Shown here: positions 1-11,658 of the stretch, one piece after another | Position numbering within the stretch: the stretch's first letter is position 1 | Layout: every line of letters starts with the position of its first letter | From: Catajapyx aquilonaris | Taxonomy: Eukaryota | Assembly (NCBI GenBank): GCA_000934665.2 | Contig: JYFJ02003943.1 | Location: forward strand, 1-36,121 | Reading direction: 5' to 3' | DNA: 36,121 nt | Translations under genes and position numbers: made by a program | The notes under the pieces: model-generated | Told to the model about the DNA's origin: nothing | Database searches by the model: none | What the model saw: only the letters and a program-made list of their open reading frames with translations

Positions 1-315
1 GCACACCAAAAAACTAAAAACCGGAAGTTGCGTCACTTACGCCCCTGGCGGGGACGTAGGATATTAACCCACATGACTCAGATTTTTTACCTGTTAAGAG
101 GATCGCCCAACACAACTTTTTTTCACTAGCGAACTACAACTTTCGAAAAAAAAAGTGTTTTTCGAGCCGCCCTACTGTACAGCCTTTATTCGAACATTTT
201 GCTTGTTCATATTATATAGAGGACACATATAACCGTGTATTTAAATATTGAAGTCTGCGGTTTTGGGACCAAAGTTTCATGTTACAGTTTCCGTGGTTTT
301 GGTTTATTAGATTAA

Positions 316-441
316 GGGCCGGTTTCACCGAGCTCGGTATATGATAAAACCAGGTTTCTTCAGGAAAATACATACAAAACTGTAGGGATTTTCTGAAAGA
401 ACCCTGGTTTTATCATATACCGAGCTCGGTGAAACTGGCCC
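316..441. mobile_element. PIF/Harbinger (Tourist)-like palindromic MITE
   Basis: 126 bp near-palindrome, GGGCCGGTTTCACCGAGCTCGGTATATGATAAAACCAGG ... CCTGGTTTTATCATATACCGAGCTCGGTGAAACTGGCCC. GGGCC termini are flanked by TAA and TTA (TWA-type target sites, though not an exact duplication). Confidence 0.75.
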
Positions 442-1876
442 TTATTGATCTCATATACTGTATAATTGTATATACTATAATACTATTCACGAACATAAAA
501 TGAGGCTGTAATCCGCCACATTCTCACCTAAGGGTTAAAGCACACCCTTTCCATTGGCCAACTCTGCACACACCAATTTAACTGCGTATCAGTTTTATTA
601 ATTCTTGGGTATAGTGCCTGACCCTATATAGGGTGTGCGGCACGGACCTTTATTGTAACTCTTGTAGTGCATAGAACTTTTTTGAATTATAATTATAATC
701 AGTTTTAATTAATAATGTGGAATTCTAAAAATTTGGCGTGATGTACTGTGTATTACCATTGCTGAAAAAATTGCAAACGTATTGCTTTACCTTTTATTTT
801 ATTTTTCCTGGGGCCATTTTAAAGTTGAACAATAATTGTATATGCGAATTTTAAAGCATGATTTTCGCAAAGTCATAAACCCGACAGCCAATAACCGAGC
901 TTCACTTTTGCTTTTGCTAATTATTAGGTACAATCTGCACTAAAATTGTGATGCACAGTGACAAAATCGATCCTGGAAGGGATCTGTTGTATGCTTATGT
1001 AACTCGAACTAATGAACGCGTCAGATTGGGATAACCTGTTGCACCCACCTGTTGTAAACAATTTTTTGGGGCCAAGCGTTACTTTTTTTTCTTTAACGCT
1101 GTAATAGTGTCTGATTAGGTTTCGATGTTATTTTAACTACTGAAGCTGCAGCCTTAATATTTAATAGGCACTGTATGATCCTGCGATACGTATTATTTTA
1201 TTTTATTTTATTTTTTACATGAGGAAGACCTCAGAACTAAAATAATTATTCAGTACATATGGCCTGTAGGACTGAATCGCATTCTTCCAAACCTAGGCAA
1301 TGAACTTCTCTATGATGTCACCCGGAAGATCAATGCTCCATGTTTTAAAGCTCATATCGTCCTTCCGATAGCTACAGTTCACGCCGCACAGAAATAGCTA
1401 CTAGTCTAGATCTTCCCCGGTGACCCTGCCTACCGTGTTACGAGGTCGTGGCTCCGGATATGTAAAAACTCTGACGGGGCTATCTCCAATTTGCGTTTAA
1501 TTAAACCGAGGCTCGAGGACAATACTGGTGTGGCGTATTAGAACTCAGTAATTAGAGTTCATTTGCGGAAACCCTTTGATTCTACGATGAATGTATTTTC
1601 AGAAATTTTTTGTGTGAGGTAGGTCAGAACTGCACTAAATCCAACCAGTGTTGACACTTGCGACAGGAATTTCCGCGGTGATTTTTAGGCCACATAGTGT
1701 AGAAAATTCACGTTGCAAATATTCAACAAGTTCATAGAAAAACAGGATGAAACTTTCATAGAGTGTACGATCGGTTGCATACATCCAGGATATGTCCGAA
1801 ACTTTTATTGGAATACATTACATACCTTTTCTATGAACTCGCATTGCAACGTGAATTTTTCAAGCAATACACTCAC

Positions 1877-2008
1877 CAAATGGAAGCACCGGACCCTGCA
1901 CAGCGCAACAGCCACCGCCTTCAGGTACTCCGTGGACACATGTTCCGAGTCACTCTCCGCCGAATCGGAAGCGATAACGAGGCAAGCCAGAAGAAAAAGA
2001 CGGGTCAT
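1877..2008 (-). CDS. First coding exon of a secreted or type I membrane protein gene that continues leftward
   Basis: ATG at 2008 in CAAG-ATG context, then 44 codons MTRLFLLACLVIASDSAESDSEHVSTEYLKAVAVALCRVRCFHL. These form a signal-peptide-like N-terminus plus a CRxRC motif and end exactly at a consensus phase-0 donor, TTG|GTGAGT. No further exon was recognised inside the window. Confidence 0.65.
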
Positions 2009-2346
2009 CTTGAGGCTTCATTCACTCAACTATACAGAAGATGATGAAGAAGCGTGTCGGTCGCAATAAGGCTCCGTCGCGACTGGTGATCTTTTCGACG
2101 GGTCCTGTTACATATAGTTGTTCAACATTCGCTCCTGTGCTGACTAGATGAGACGCTTTTCAGACATGCGCCGATCTGGCATGATCCCCGCACGTTGTTT
2201 TATACTGAACTCAGACGCACCTAAGTAGGCGAGGAGCAGGTGAAGCAACCTGCTGGCAGCCCCCCTTTTTTTGCCAGGCTCATAATGACGTAACTGCAAT
2301 GCAATAATCATAATGATTTTGATTGCAGGTTGGGCGGAAAAAAATT

Positions 2347-5300
2347 ATGGAGACCGTGGCTGATAAAATGCCGTTTGAGAACCTGAGCAAGCTGTGTGAG
2401 AAGATGAGCACAGGCAGCAAAGAGAAGAGGAAGGAGTACCTACATAAGTACATCAATTACTTTCGAAGTTTTTATGAGGAGATGCACCGAGCACTGTCTG
2501 TCCAGGTACACACGCTTCTACTTGATATTTAAAAAAAATATTCACAGTATATATATTTTTAAATGAACCTGAATATTTTTAAAATGTGTTTACAGGGCGA
2601 CAGTTTCTTTCCGGTATTGCGACTTCTTGTACCACAACTGGACCGTGAACGTGGTGCGTATGGGATCAAGGAGCACACCCTGGCCAAGCTGTACATTCGG
2701 ATTCTGGGATTGGACAAGGAAAGCAGCGACTCCAAGAGACTATTGAATTATAGATGAGTATCGGTGTGTTGTGTTTGTGACGGATTGAGCCAACCGTCTC
2801 ATACATAATTATGAAACTGGTCGTCCTTTTGTTTTTATCTCCCCGACTTTTTCCCTTGTGTGTTGCAGGGCTCCGAAAATGGCCAAAGGACATGCAGGAG
2901 ACTTCGCTGATGTGGCATACCAAGTTTTGAGGGACCGGTGTGAATCAGGAGGGAAATTGACCGTGAAAGATGTCAATGATAAGTTGGACGCATTGTCCGC
3001 CAGCCATGCCAGCAAGGAGCCAGGTATTTGTTGTTAGTGTTGTTGTTGTTGTTTAAATAAAGAAGTGACAAAAATTAAGACAAGTGACAAACCATCTGCA
3101 AATGGACGAAGCGTGCGAAGTCACTTTTGTCGTAGAGAGACTCAATTTATGTTAATTCCTGTGATTATTATTTTCACTAGTCTAAAACTTCTGGAGGAGT
3201 TAGTGATTGTTTAAATAATACAAATTAATGTGGCAAGTAGATATCACTAGTTTGAAACTTTAGCTACTGTATAGGAAAAACTTATGCTTTGCTATTGTTA
3301 CGCAGCGCAGGTGCTGCAAAAAGTGGGTCAAATAATGCCATTTGAAGAGTGGTCTTTAAAATAACATGATTATGCCACAACGAAGCGGAAAGATTGTTCT
3401 ACGTACAATTTCATGCACATTCCATTGAATCTACATCCATTAAATATTTACTGCATATGGAGCGTTTTCATATGAGGAGACAAAATTGCCAGTCACCCTG
3501 ATTGAAATTATCATCGCATCACTTGCTGCTATGACTATTGTTTTCTCTATCACTCCAGAACAATTCTTTTGGTGAATTATCAGCTTTTAAAAACTGTTTC
3601 ATGTTGTTCAGGTGAGGTGGAGCAAAATCTGCAGACTCTGCTAAGGAGCCTCTCTGCTCTGGAGCAGAAATGGCTTATCCGAATAATCCTGAAAGACATG
3701 CGACTGGGAACGGGCCATGGAGCTATTCTTCACGCGTTCCATCCTGATGCAAAGGAGCTCTACGACGTTTGCAACAACCTTGATAGAGTAATTTCGCTAA
3801 GTATACTTATTATTCCCTGTACCACAACACCTTGAGATATAATTACTCGTATAGGAGTGTTAATCAAATTATGCGATTGTAAACTAATGGTTATGATTGT
3901 TGTGTCTACCACCGTGTAGATCATTTGCTTTATGGTCCAAGTTGACGTCAATCTCTTGGGAATAAGACGCCGTTTGCGCACTTGCTTCATTACCTGCTTT
4001 GCATTCAGGTCTGCGTCACTCTCTTCGACCCTTCCGTACGCCTTCACGAGGCCGAAATCAGCCTCTTCACTTCAATGCGCCCAATGCTGGCCGACAGAGG
4101 TGTCTTCAGCCAAGTCGAAAAAATGTCAATAAAACCTTTCTATGTAGAGACGAAATTCGATGGTGAAAGGATGCACCTTCATATGGATAAGACTCAGTTC
4201 AAGTACTTCTCAAGGTTAGTCGTACAGACACATCAGAATGTCATGGTGTCTCGTTTCGCCAAATCTGACATTTCAGGAATGGATTCGACTACACAAATGA
4301 CTTTGGGAGTGGAAACAGTGCCGGTGGGACTCTGACTCCTTATATTCGCGACTTGTTTAGTCCCAAAGTCGAGAGCTGCATTCTTGATGGCGAGATGGTT
4401 GCATGGCACAAGCGCACACACACCATCACTACAAAAGGTGTGTAACCGCACCGCATGTTTGTACTTGAATGTCCCCAAAAACAAACACATCACATTTCGC
4501 AAAACATATAGGCGAAAATATAGACGTCAAGAAGCTGAAATTGGATAGCGCCCACCAGCCATGCTACTACGCATTCGACATACTGTACTACAACGGAAAG
4601 GTTCTGACCAACATGCCGTTAATGAGCCGGCTTAAGTACTTGCAAGACTTATTCAAAATTGAAGAAGGCAGGCTGCAGGTATCAGAGAAGAAGGAAGCCA
4701 ACACAAAGTGAGTTTAACCATAAGCCATCGAGTGGTGCATGAAGCAGTGTTTTGAGTGCGTTTGCATCTTCAGGGAAGACGTAATTAAAGCCCTTAACGA
4801 CGCAATTGACAACCGGGAAGAAGGAATCATGGTGAAGGATCCGGGATCTGTGTACAAGCCTAATGCAAGGAAAGCAGGATGGCTTAAAATTAAGCCAGAG
4901 GTGATTTTGAATGATTTTTATGAGCACTGAGTTCATAATTCCAAGAGCAGGTGAGGTATTGTCCATTCCAGCAACCAGCTGATTGCTGTAATGAATGATC
5001 CGCAACTTCTCTTACCTTTTGGCTTGTTACTGTTCAGTATTCATATCAAGGGTCTCACCTTCTAGTTTTGTTTCTCAGTACACCAACGAGTTGATGGATC
5101 AACTGGATCTGATAATTATGGGAGGATATTATGGGATTGGGCGTAGGCGGGGAGTCGTGAGTCATTTTCTGCTGGGATTGGCAGTGCCAGGTCAATCAGG
5201 GGAACTCCCAAAAGAGTTCCACTCTGTTGGCAGAGTCGGATCAGGATACACAATGAATGAACTGGACGATTTGTTGAGGAAGTTGTCTCCTAATTGGAAT

Positions 5301-7891
5301 GAATTCAGAAAGGGCAGCCCCATGCCTCCAGGATTGGTTTGGACCAGAGAAAAGCCTGATGTTTGGATCGAACCGAAGTACTCCAAAATAGTCCAGGTTC
5401 GTTAGGTTACAGTCACAGACTTATTGACAACCAGACCGAAAAATATGTGATTAACTTTCTTCAGATTAAAGCTGCTGAAATTGTCAGCAGCGATCTATAC
5501 AAGGTTGGATACACGCTGCGTTTTCCACGAGTCGAGAAAGTACGCTATGATAAGTCATGGAACGAGTGCATGACAACTACAGAGTTCATGGACCTGAAAG
5601 AAGTGAGTCGCTGTATATACTCAGATAATAATTCTGTTTGTGCAGACAGCCCCTACTTACGTAGATCCGGACTTACGTAAAAATCCGACATGCTCAAAAC
5701 CATCTGTGGAATTTACGGATTTACTGGGAATATAAACTACAGCATATTGTGTCATTTAAAAAAAAAAAAAAACGCAAAATTCGTCTTAGGTAAAATGTTC
5801 TACTTACGTAAGTCGGGGCTGCTTGTATTTTTTCAAAAAATACCCTTCAATCTCAAGAGATCCCGAGTCCAATCCCGGTGTCGACACTTTCGACATGTTC
5901 TATTCATGGCCGCAATTGCGCATCTTAACGGGATTAATATGATTTCAGCAAGGTGAAGGAAAGTTAGGTACCCGCCATTACACTGATGACTTTGGAGAGC
6001 CGTCATCTAAGAAGCGCAGAGTGACAACGAGGCAGTATAACCAACCAGCAGGGCTTGCTGACCACTTCAAAATGGCAGATTTATCTGATCTAAAGCAGGT
6101 GGGGCTCAAAGAGGGAGGAAAATTTACCATTTATTCTACTCTTATTTTTTAAATTAAAGGAATCGGTGCTTTTAGCGGGTAAATCATTTGTGATATTAAA
6201 TGGACCAGAAACTCATAGCAAGCATGAGCTAGAAAGACTTGTAGTGCAGTACGGAGGGACAGTGGTGCAGAATCCAGGTAGGAGTGTTTTGGCGTCTGTT
6301 TGTGTTTGCCTTGACCCCAGTTCCAACTCGAATTGCAAATTACTTTAGGTCCAAAGACCTATGCTGTTATCGCCGAGAGAACGAATGTGAGAGTGAACAA
6401 TATTATCGGCGTGGGTTTGCACAATGTCGCCAGGGCTTCGTGGCTTTTGAGGTGCATTGAAAGACGGCGCTGGATCGACTGGGCTCCGTCAGATCTTATG
6501 TATGCGACTGAAGAGACGGAAAAAAAATTGTCAGAAAATTATGACGAATATGGGGACAGTTATCACCAACCGGCTACAAAGGAATCGCTGAAATATTCTC
6601 TGGAACTCATGTCCAAAAAGGTTTTAGCAGATTTGCTTAACTGTACATAATTTTTTTGTAATGCACAAATATTTTAGGGGCCTTTTCCTGCACTGACTAC
6701 CTCTGAAAAAATTGCTCTTGAGGAAGAGCTTTTTGGAGGACCCAGCCCATACGGGTTTATGCGACCCTGCTGTATTTACCTGGATTGTTATTCTGAGGTA
6801 AGTTTTTCGCTCAATCCCTAAGTGCATTACAATTGAAGTGTGTTTCGTCTCACAAACAATATCCATTAGTAGTGGAGCAATAATTCAATAGAGTTGAACA
6901 TTAAAATATTCTCTGAAAGGCTACAGGCTATGCCTGAGTGTCCATTAAATTAAATTAATATTAGCAGCAAATATTTTCAATGTCCTAATAAAATGACCGT
7001 GTAAGTAACCATTTCATAATGAGCAACCCACTGCGAAAAATCACTTCCTGAATCAATTGTAACACAACACTGCACACACATGCATGCATGAATAATAATT
7101 GGGCTTTAAATAATGTCAATGGCTTATATTACGCATGCCATTATTTAATTATTCATTCAAATGAGGTGGTTTGAACGACGTAAATTTTGTACATCAAGTA
7201 TTTTTTGGTGGCTGTTTATATGAGCCAAGAGGGTAAATGCAGTGGCAGTGATGGGATGCAGTCAAAAGTAGCTGGGATTTATGTCAAAGTCGCCGTAATT
7301 GAGGACACTAATGGCCGGTAATTTTGTAATAAAGGGTTAGGTCACTTAGAATACGCGATTGTGTTTTTTTTCCTTTTGCCACCCAGTATGACTCCCCTCT
7401 CGATTTTAATGACACACATGGGGAGTTTGTATGAACTCCGCTTTTTAAAGCTATACGCATCATGGGGAAAATATTCCCCCAAATTATGCAACTTATGTGT
7501 ATGAATATACTGTGCAGTAAATTTTGATTCAATTTTACGCGAATTTTGCAGATAGGACAAGTTGACAGCCGGATCGAAAACTGTGTCCTAGATGGCGACG
7601 AACAGTTAGGGAAATTTTATGGGGCTGAAGTAGTAACAGAGATCACTGATCAAGTGACACATGTCGTTGTCAGTATGAGGCAAGTTTTCAAAAATGAGGA
7701 CAATCATTGCATATCCAAAGACGTAATATGTGTTTCCTTACAGGGACACCTCGAGGCTCCATGCACTGAAAGAAATTAATCGTTCCCGAGCAAAGAAATT
7801 TCACCTGGTGACATCTGAGTGGATCGACAGCTGTGTTAACTCGCGTCAAGTATCAGAAGAAGTCAGTTTTTTCCCAACTGAATCAGATTGA
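2347..7891 (+). CDS. LIG4: DNA ligase IV (NHEJ ligase), 16 coding exons, about 909 aa
   Basis: Exons assembled by hand: 2347-2505, 2596-2753, 2869-3023, 3612-3787, 4009-4214, 4277-4437, 4512-4707, 4774-4900, 5079-5396, 5465-5602, 5949-6098, 6160-6277, 6349-6620, 6678-6797, 7552-7679, 7744-7891 (2730 nt, all phases consistent). Motifs: DBD ([16 protein letters not shown]), adenylation motif [26 protein letters not shown]-fold GSGYT and LRFPR, and two C-terminal BRCT-like domains. Intron 2 has an AT donor and intron 15 a GC donor. Confidence 0.97.
5643..5825. mobile_element. pogo/Tigger-like MITE in LIG4 intron 10
   Basis: Imperfect ~22 bp TIRs, CAGACAGCCCCTACTTACGTA ... TACGTAAGTCGGGGCTGCTTG, with TA on the right side. 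The ACTTACG subterminal repeats are typical of Tigger-type ends. Confidence 0.6.
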
Positions 7892-8037
7892 GCCAGGACA
7901 CTTGCTTGCACAGTTTGGTCACCTGGACGTACTGGTGTTCACTTTAAAATGCAATAATAATTCATGCATAATTATTCTGCTTGACTTTGCTGTGTTTTAG
8001 TCTAGGTCAGCATGTATACCAGATAAGCGTCTGAAGA

Positions 8038-8043
8038 AATAAA
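8038..8043 (+). promoter_or_regulatory. Candidate LIG4 polyadenylation signal
   Basis: First AATAAA after the LIG4 stop, about 145 bp downstream, followed by T-rich sequence. Confidence 0.5.
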
Positions 8044-9764
8044 AGTATTATTTTGTCGAACATGGAATCGTATTCCACAGGACGGCATGGCGTTAGAGAA
8101 AGGCAATTTATTTGGGTACTTGTTATTTAACAATTATGTGGAATAATTTTGTTATTCATGAGATAATTGCTAACTTTTCTATGGGAATTAGATAATGTCA
8201 CTACTCATGTGTATTTAGTAGGCTGCTGTTTTAATGACAGTCTGTCGTGGTGAACAGTTTTACCAACATACTGTCTTCACCAAGGAATCACTCTGATTTA
8301 GTAAATTCAAACAATAATATTGGTGGTTTGTTCTGGACCAGAGCAACACAAAGGTAAGCACGGCATAAGGCTGACAAAAAAAAGAGGATATTAAAATAAA
8401 ACCGAAGTGGGGCAAATGAAAACGAGGTCAGAGGTTTCGTTCGTTCACCTTTGAGAGCCATGTATTACGTATAAACTGGAAGATGGAATTATTTTCCAAT
8501 AAAAATAATCCCAGCTCTTTGAATAGTCTCTTAAAAGCTATTTTCGTATCGATTCTGAAAGAGATCCGAGTTCAAAGGCTCTGTCAAAGCCGTGAAAGAG
8601 GCGAAAACGTTCGGTGTCGCAGTATAGGAAATATCCTGAGCAGCAGACAACACATCTAGCAAGCAGCCCTGAATGAAGGGTGCTATGCCTGTAGGATATT
8701 TTTTTTCTATCCTATCAACAGAGTCTCTGCCGCACGCCGTACAGATCTGTGGATCTCGCTACCTGTTGTTATTCCTGGAGTTGCATCTTTCTAACTTTCT
8801 AACCATAAATGCAGCAACCAACAGCACTGGGAATGAGATTCCTAATTTGGCGTAAAAGACTTTTCGAACTCAAAGGTCCCTCGACATACAGTATGATATT
8901 ATAATTTTGCCTCAACACTTCTTTTTCTAAAATAAGTTTTAAGCGATATTGAGTTTCACCTGATGCAATCGGATTGTATTTATAACCTGCTTTGACAGCT
9001 CTGGTGAGTTTACTGTGATGTAAATGAAGATCTGAAATGCAGTCATAGAGTATTATAATTCAGAGAAATTGTATGGTGGTTTGGAACTTTTCCCACCCAC
9101 TCATTTATATGGTTTCAACCCTTTTTCCCCACACAAATTTGCCAGAACCGCTACCGTACCCCCCAATATAGCACAGCTACTTTGATCTGACGGATTAGTA
9201 AATTAGCAATTTCGTCAATTACATTTGTGTAACTCTTCAAGCAAATCTGGAGAACACCTGTCGAATACACTGAATTGATCCTAGTAAAGTACAAGCATCA
9301 AGAAAATTATATATACACAGTGTTACACAATGTATTTCCACGTTAGCCACTCTAAGGAACTCGGTGACAAGACATCGCCAACAGCTACAGGAATATATTT
9401 CATTTTCACCTCACTATAGTGCTTTTTCCTTATATGGATGCAGAACGAAATGTGTGGGTTTCGCGCATGTTATTAGCTTCATTGTCTGGAATTCGCTTTG
9501 ATGCGATGCGTCTCATTTTAGTCAGTGTTTCAGCCTCATGTAGACCCCATAGCTGCGTCCTTGGCCTTCATTCCATAAATGCGAGAATACAAAAACGAGC
9601 TGTCACGGTCTGCTTTGAGGAGCATACTCCTTATTCGCTTCGGGGATGAAAGCCTATCCTTGATGCCATTGAAATGTAATAATATAGCCACGGATGCTGC
9701 TTAGAAGTCCCGGTCTATTATGCGAAGTGATTATATATCACGATCCTTCATCGGGGAAGAGAGC

Positions 9765-9901
9765 GAACCCGTTGAATGTCATTGGCTTGCAGTCTGCTGG
9801 ATATAGAACTAATTCACTGCTTCGGAGATGTATTACGTCTCCGAAGCAGTGAATTAGTTCTACATCCGGCAGACTGTAAGCCAATGACATTCAACGGGTT
9901 C
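9765..9901. repeat. 137 bp near-perfect palindrome (hairpin or MITE-like)
   Basis: GAACCCGTTGAATGTCATTGGCTT...TTCGGAGATGTA-T-TACGTCTCCGAA...AAGCCAATGACATTCAACGGGTTC. Arms are 68 bp with 4 transition mismatches. Confidence 0.92.
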
Positions 9902-10588
9902 TATTTTATCTATTTAGTTAACCGCAGGGATGTATCTGTATAGCCTACTCTTAGGTGATGGGTCAAGGCATATCTCGTTTATGATTGTGTGTGTAGGAGG
10001 AAATTAGCAAGGAAATAACCTTTGACCCTCATTTCTTCATTTGGTTTAGGAGAATCGTCAGCATCTGACGCAAGCAAGAAACATTTGGATCAAAAAGGTC
10101 CTCGATCCTGTTGATTTCCAGGACTGGTAAACCCTATACGCTTATGAGCAGTATGTCAAATGTAACAAGGATTTTATAATGCGTCTAAGCAGATATTTTT
10201 CTAAATATAACTTGTATGGAACAATTTTTAGTTGGTGTTATATTATATGAAACGTCCTGCCGTTAGTGTCGCATTTATACAACAAAAATGTGTAACATTT
10301 TAATATGAAAAGGTGCCTGTGTATACAGTACGGTACACAATTAACCGTCTCTCGTTTCCAGTACAGATTATTTTTACTTACCGGTATATTGTTTATTAGT
10401 ATTTCTGATGTTGGAAATTTAATATACAACGCAATAGGAACAATGATAGGAACTTTCCGAGTCGGACTGCACCCTACAAAAAAAGACGTATTTCCAGTTA
10501 TCTTGGTCGCATGACTTTTGAAATGGCATATTATCTGAACTCTTTCCTTATTGATATTACCTCAAAATGATAGAGCTTTCTATCAGCG

Positions 10589-10661
10589 GTTTCCGTGGTG
10601 TAGTGGTTATCACATCCGCCTAACACGCGGAAGGCCCCCGGTTCGATCCCGGGCGGAAACA
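10589..10661 (+). tRNA. tRNA-Val-AAC: tRNA-Val, anticodon AAC
   Basis: 73 nt cloverleaf with acceptor stem GTTTCCG/CGGAAAC, A box TGGTGTAGTGG, anticodon loop CT-AAC-AC and T loop GGTTCGATCC. A Pol III terminator TTTTT follows at 10663-10667. Confidence 0.98.
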
Positions 10662-11429
10662 CTTTTTAAAAAAAATTTAAACACTCAAAAAAATATGGCC
10701 AACTTTTCGGTATTACGAATCGTCCTTGCTGCAGTACAACTTCCCAGTGTCAAATAATAAATTCAGCTGCGTACAATTTTTATATTCTTGTAGTATAGTC
10801 ACTACAGTGGGCTTGATGATATAACCCGGACTAAACAGAGGATGTGCACTTTCCAAATAGGACCTCCAAGTTGATAAGAGCCGGAAGGTGTAGCGATGTG
10901 TGACCCCCGCAGCATCCAGCAGATGGCGACGAAGCGACCTGACACGTCAAAAGGGGTCAAGTGGCCATCAGTCGCGGAAACCAAGAGACATTCCTGGTCA
11001 CACCGCTGCAGCTTCCGTCTCGTGGGGTGTCTGTGCAGAAGAGTGCGCATCATTGCCGAGGGATGACCCCCCGACAAGAAGAGGCCTCTTTGTGAGGCCA
11101 TTGAGAGGATGTGCCTGGGAGAGGATGACTCTTGAGGATGGGACTGGAGATGTGTGGACCCGTGAAGCGTGACAAAAGTGCCGACAGCATGCGCTTGGAA
11201 CGCCACGTGGTTTCCATCACCCACAATGCACGATCCATGGGGGAGTGTCATACACGGCATGGATTTCATGCACTTCTACTTTACACCGCTCGTGCCAGGT
11301 TGGTTGTTAGGGACGGTTGTCAACAGATCTGGTACAATAATTTTCAAATGAAAATTGCACCAGAAGTAAAAATGTGAAAAGTAAAAATTATTGCCTAAAA
11401 CAATTATTATTTGTTGCCTTATTTTGCGA

Positions 11430-11658
11430 ATACCCCGTGATAAGTGTCCGTGTTGGGCTTTTTAGGGGATCGTCTTTTAATTGACCGACTATAATCATTG
11501 CCTTTGCTGTGATGGATTTTGATAGTGGGAGGAAACGGGAGAACCCCGAGGAAACACACTCGAACACGGAGAGAACCCATCGAAACTCTATCCACATAAG
11601 CATCCTTTGCGATGATCCGGGGATCGAACTTTGGACCGTACCCCTACACCACTGTCCC
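11430..11658 (-). mobile_element. tRNA-derived SINE with V-domain-like core
   Basis: The minus strand begins GGGACAGTGGTGTAGGGG (A-box-like) ... GTTCGATCCCCGG (B box). It continues GTGGATAGAGTTTC...GTTCTCTCCGTGTTCGAGTGTGTTTCCTCGGGGTTCTCCCGTTTCCTCCCAC, which resembles the V-SINE central domain. A related copy lies at 25436-25744. Confidence 0.8.

Noticed and set aside
1..177. Possible right end of a TIR element (...TTTTTCGAGCCGCCCTACTG|TA)
   Set aside because: The partner TIR would lie outside the window, so it cannot be confirmed.
1713..2069. Plus-strand ORFs of 118 and 93 aa
   Set aside because: Non-ATG starts and no motifs; best explained as antisense shadows of the minus-strand exon.
2754..2868. 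U12-type AT-AC minor intron
   Set aside because: Lacks the ATATCCTT donor and the TCCTTAAC branch point.
10889..11285. Solo LTR (TGTA...TACA) near the tRNA, and overlapping 60-155 aa ORFs
   Set aside because: No matching target-site duplication, PBS or polyA signal; the ORFs have no recognisable domains.
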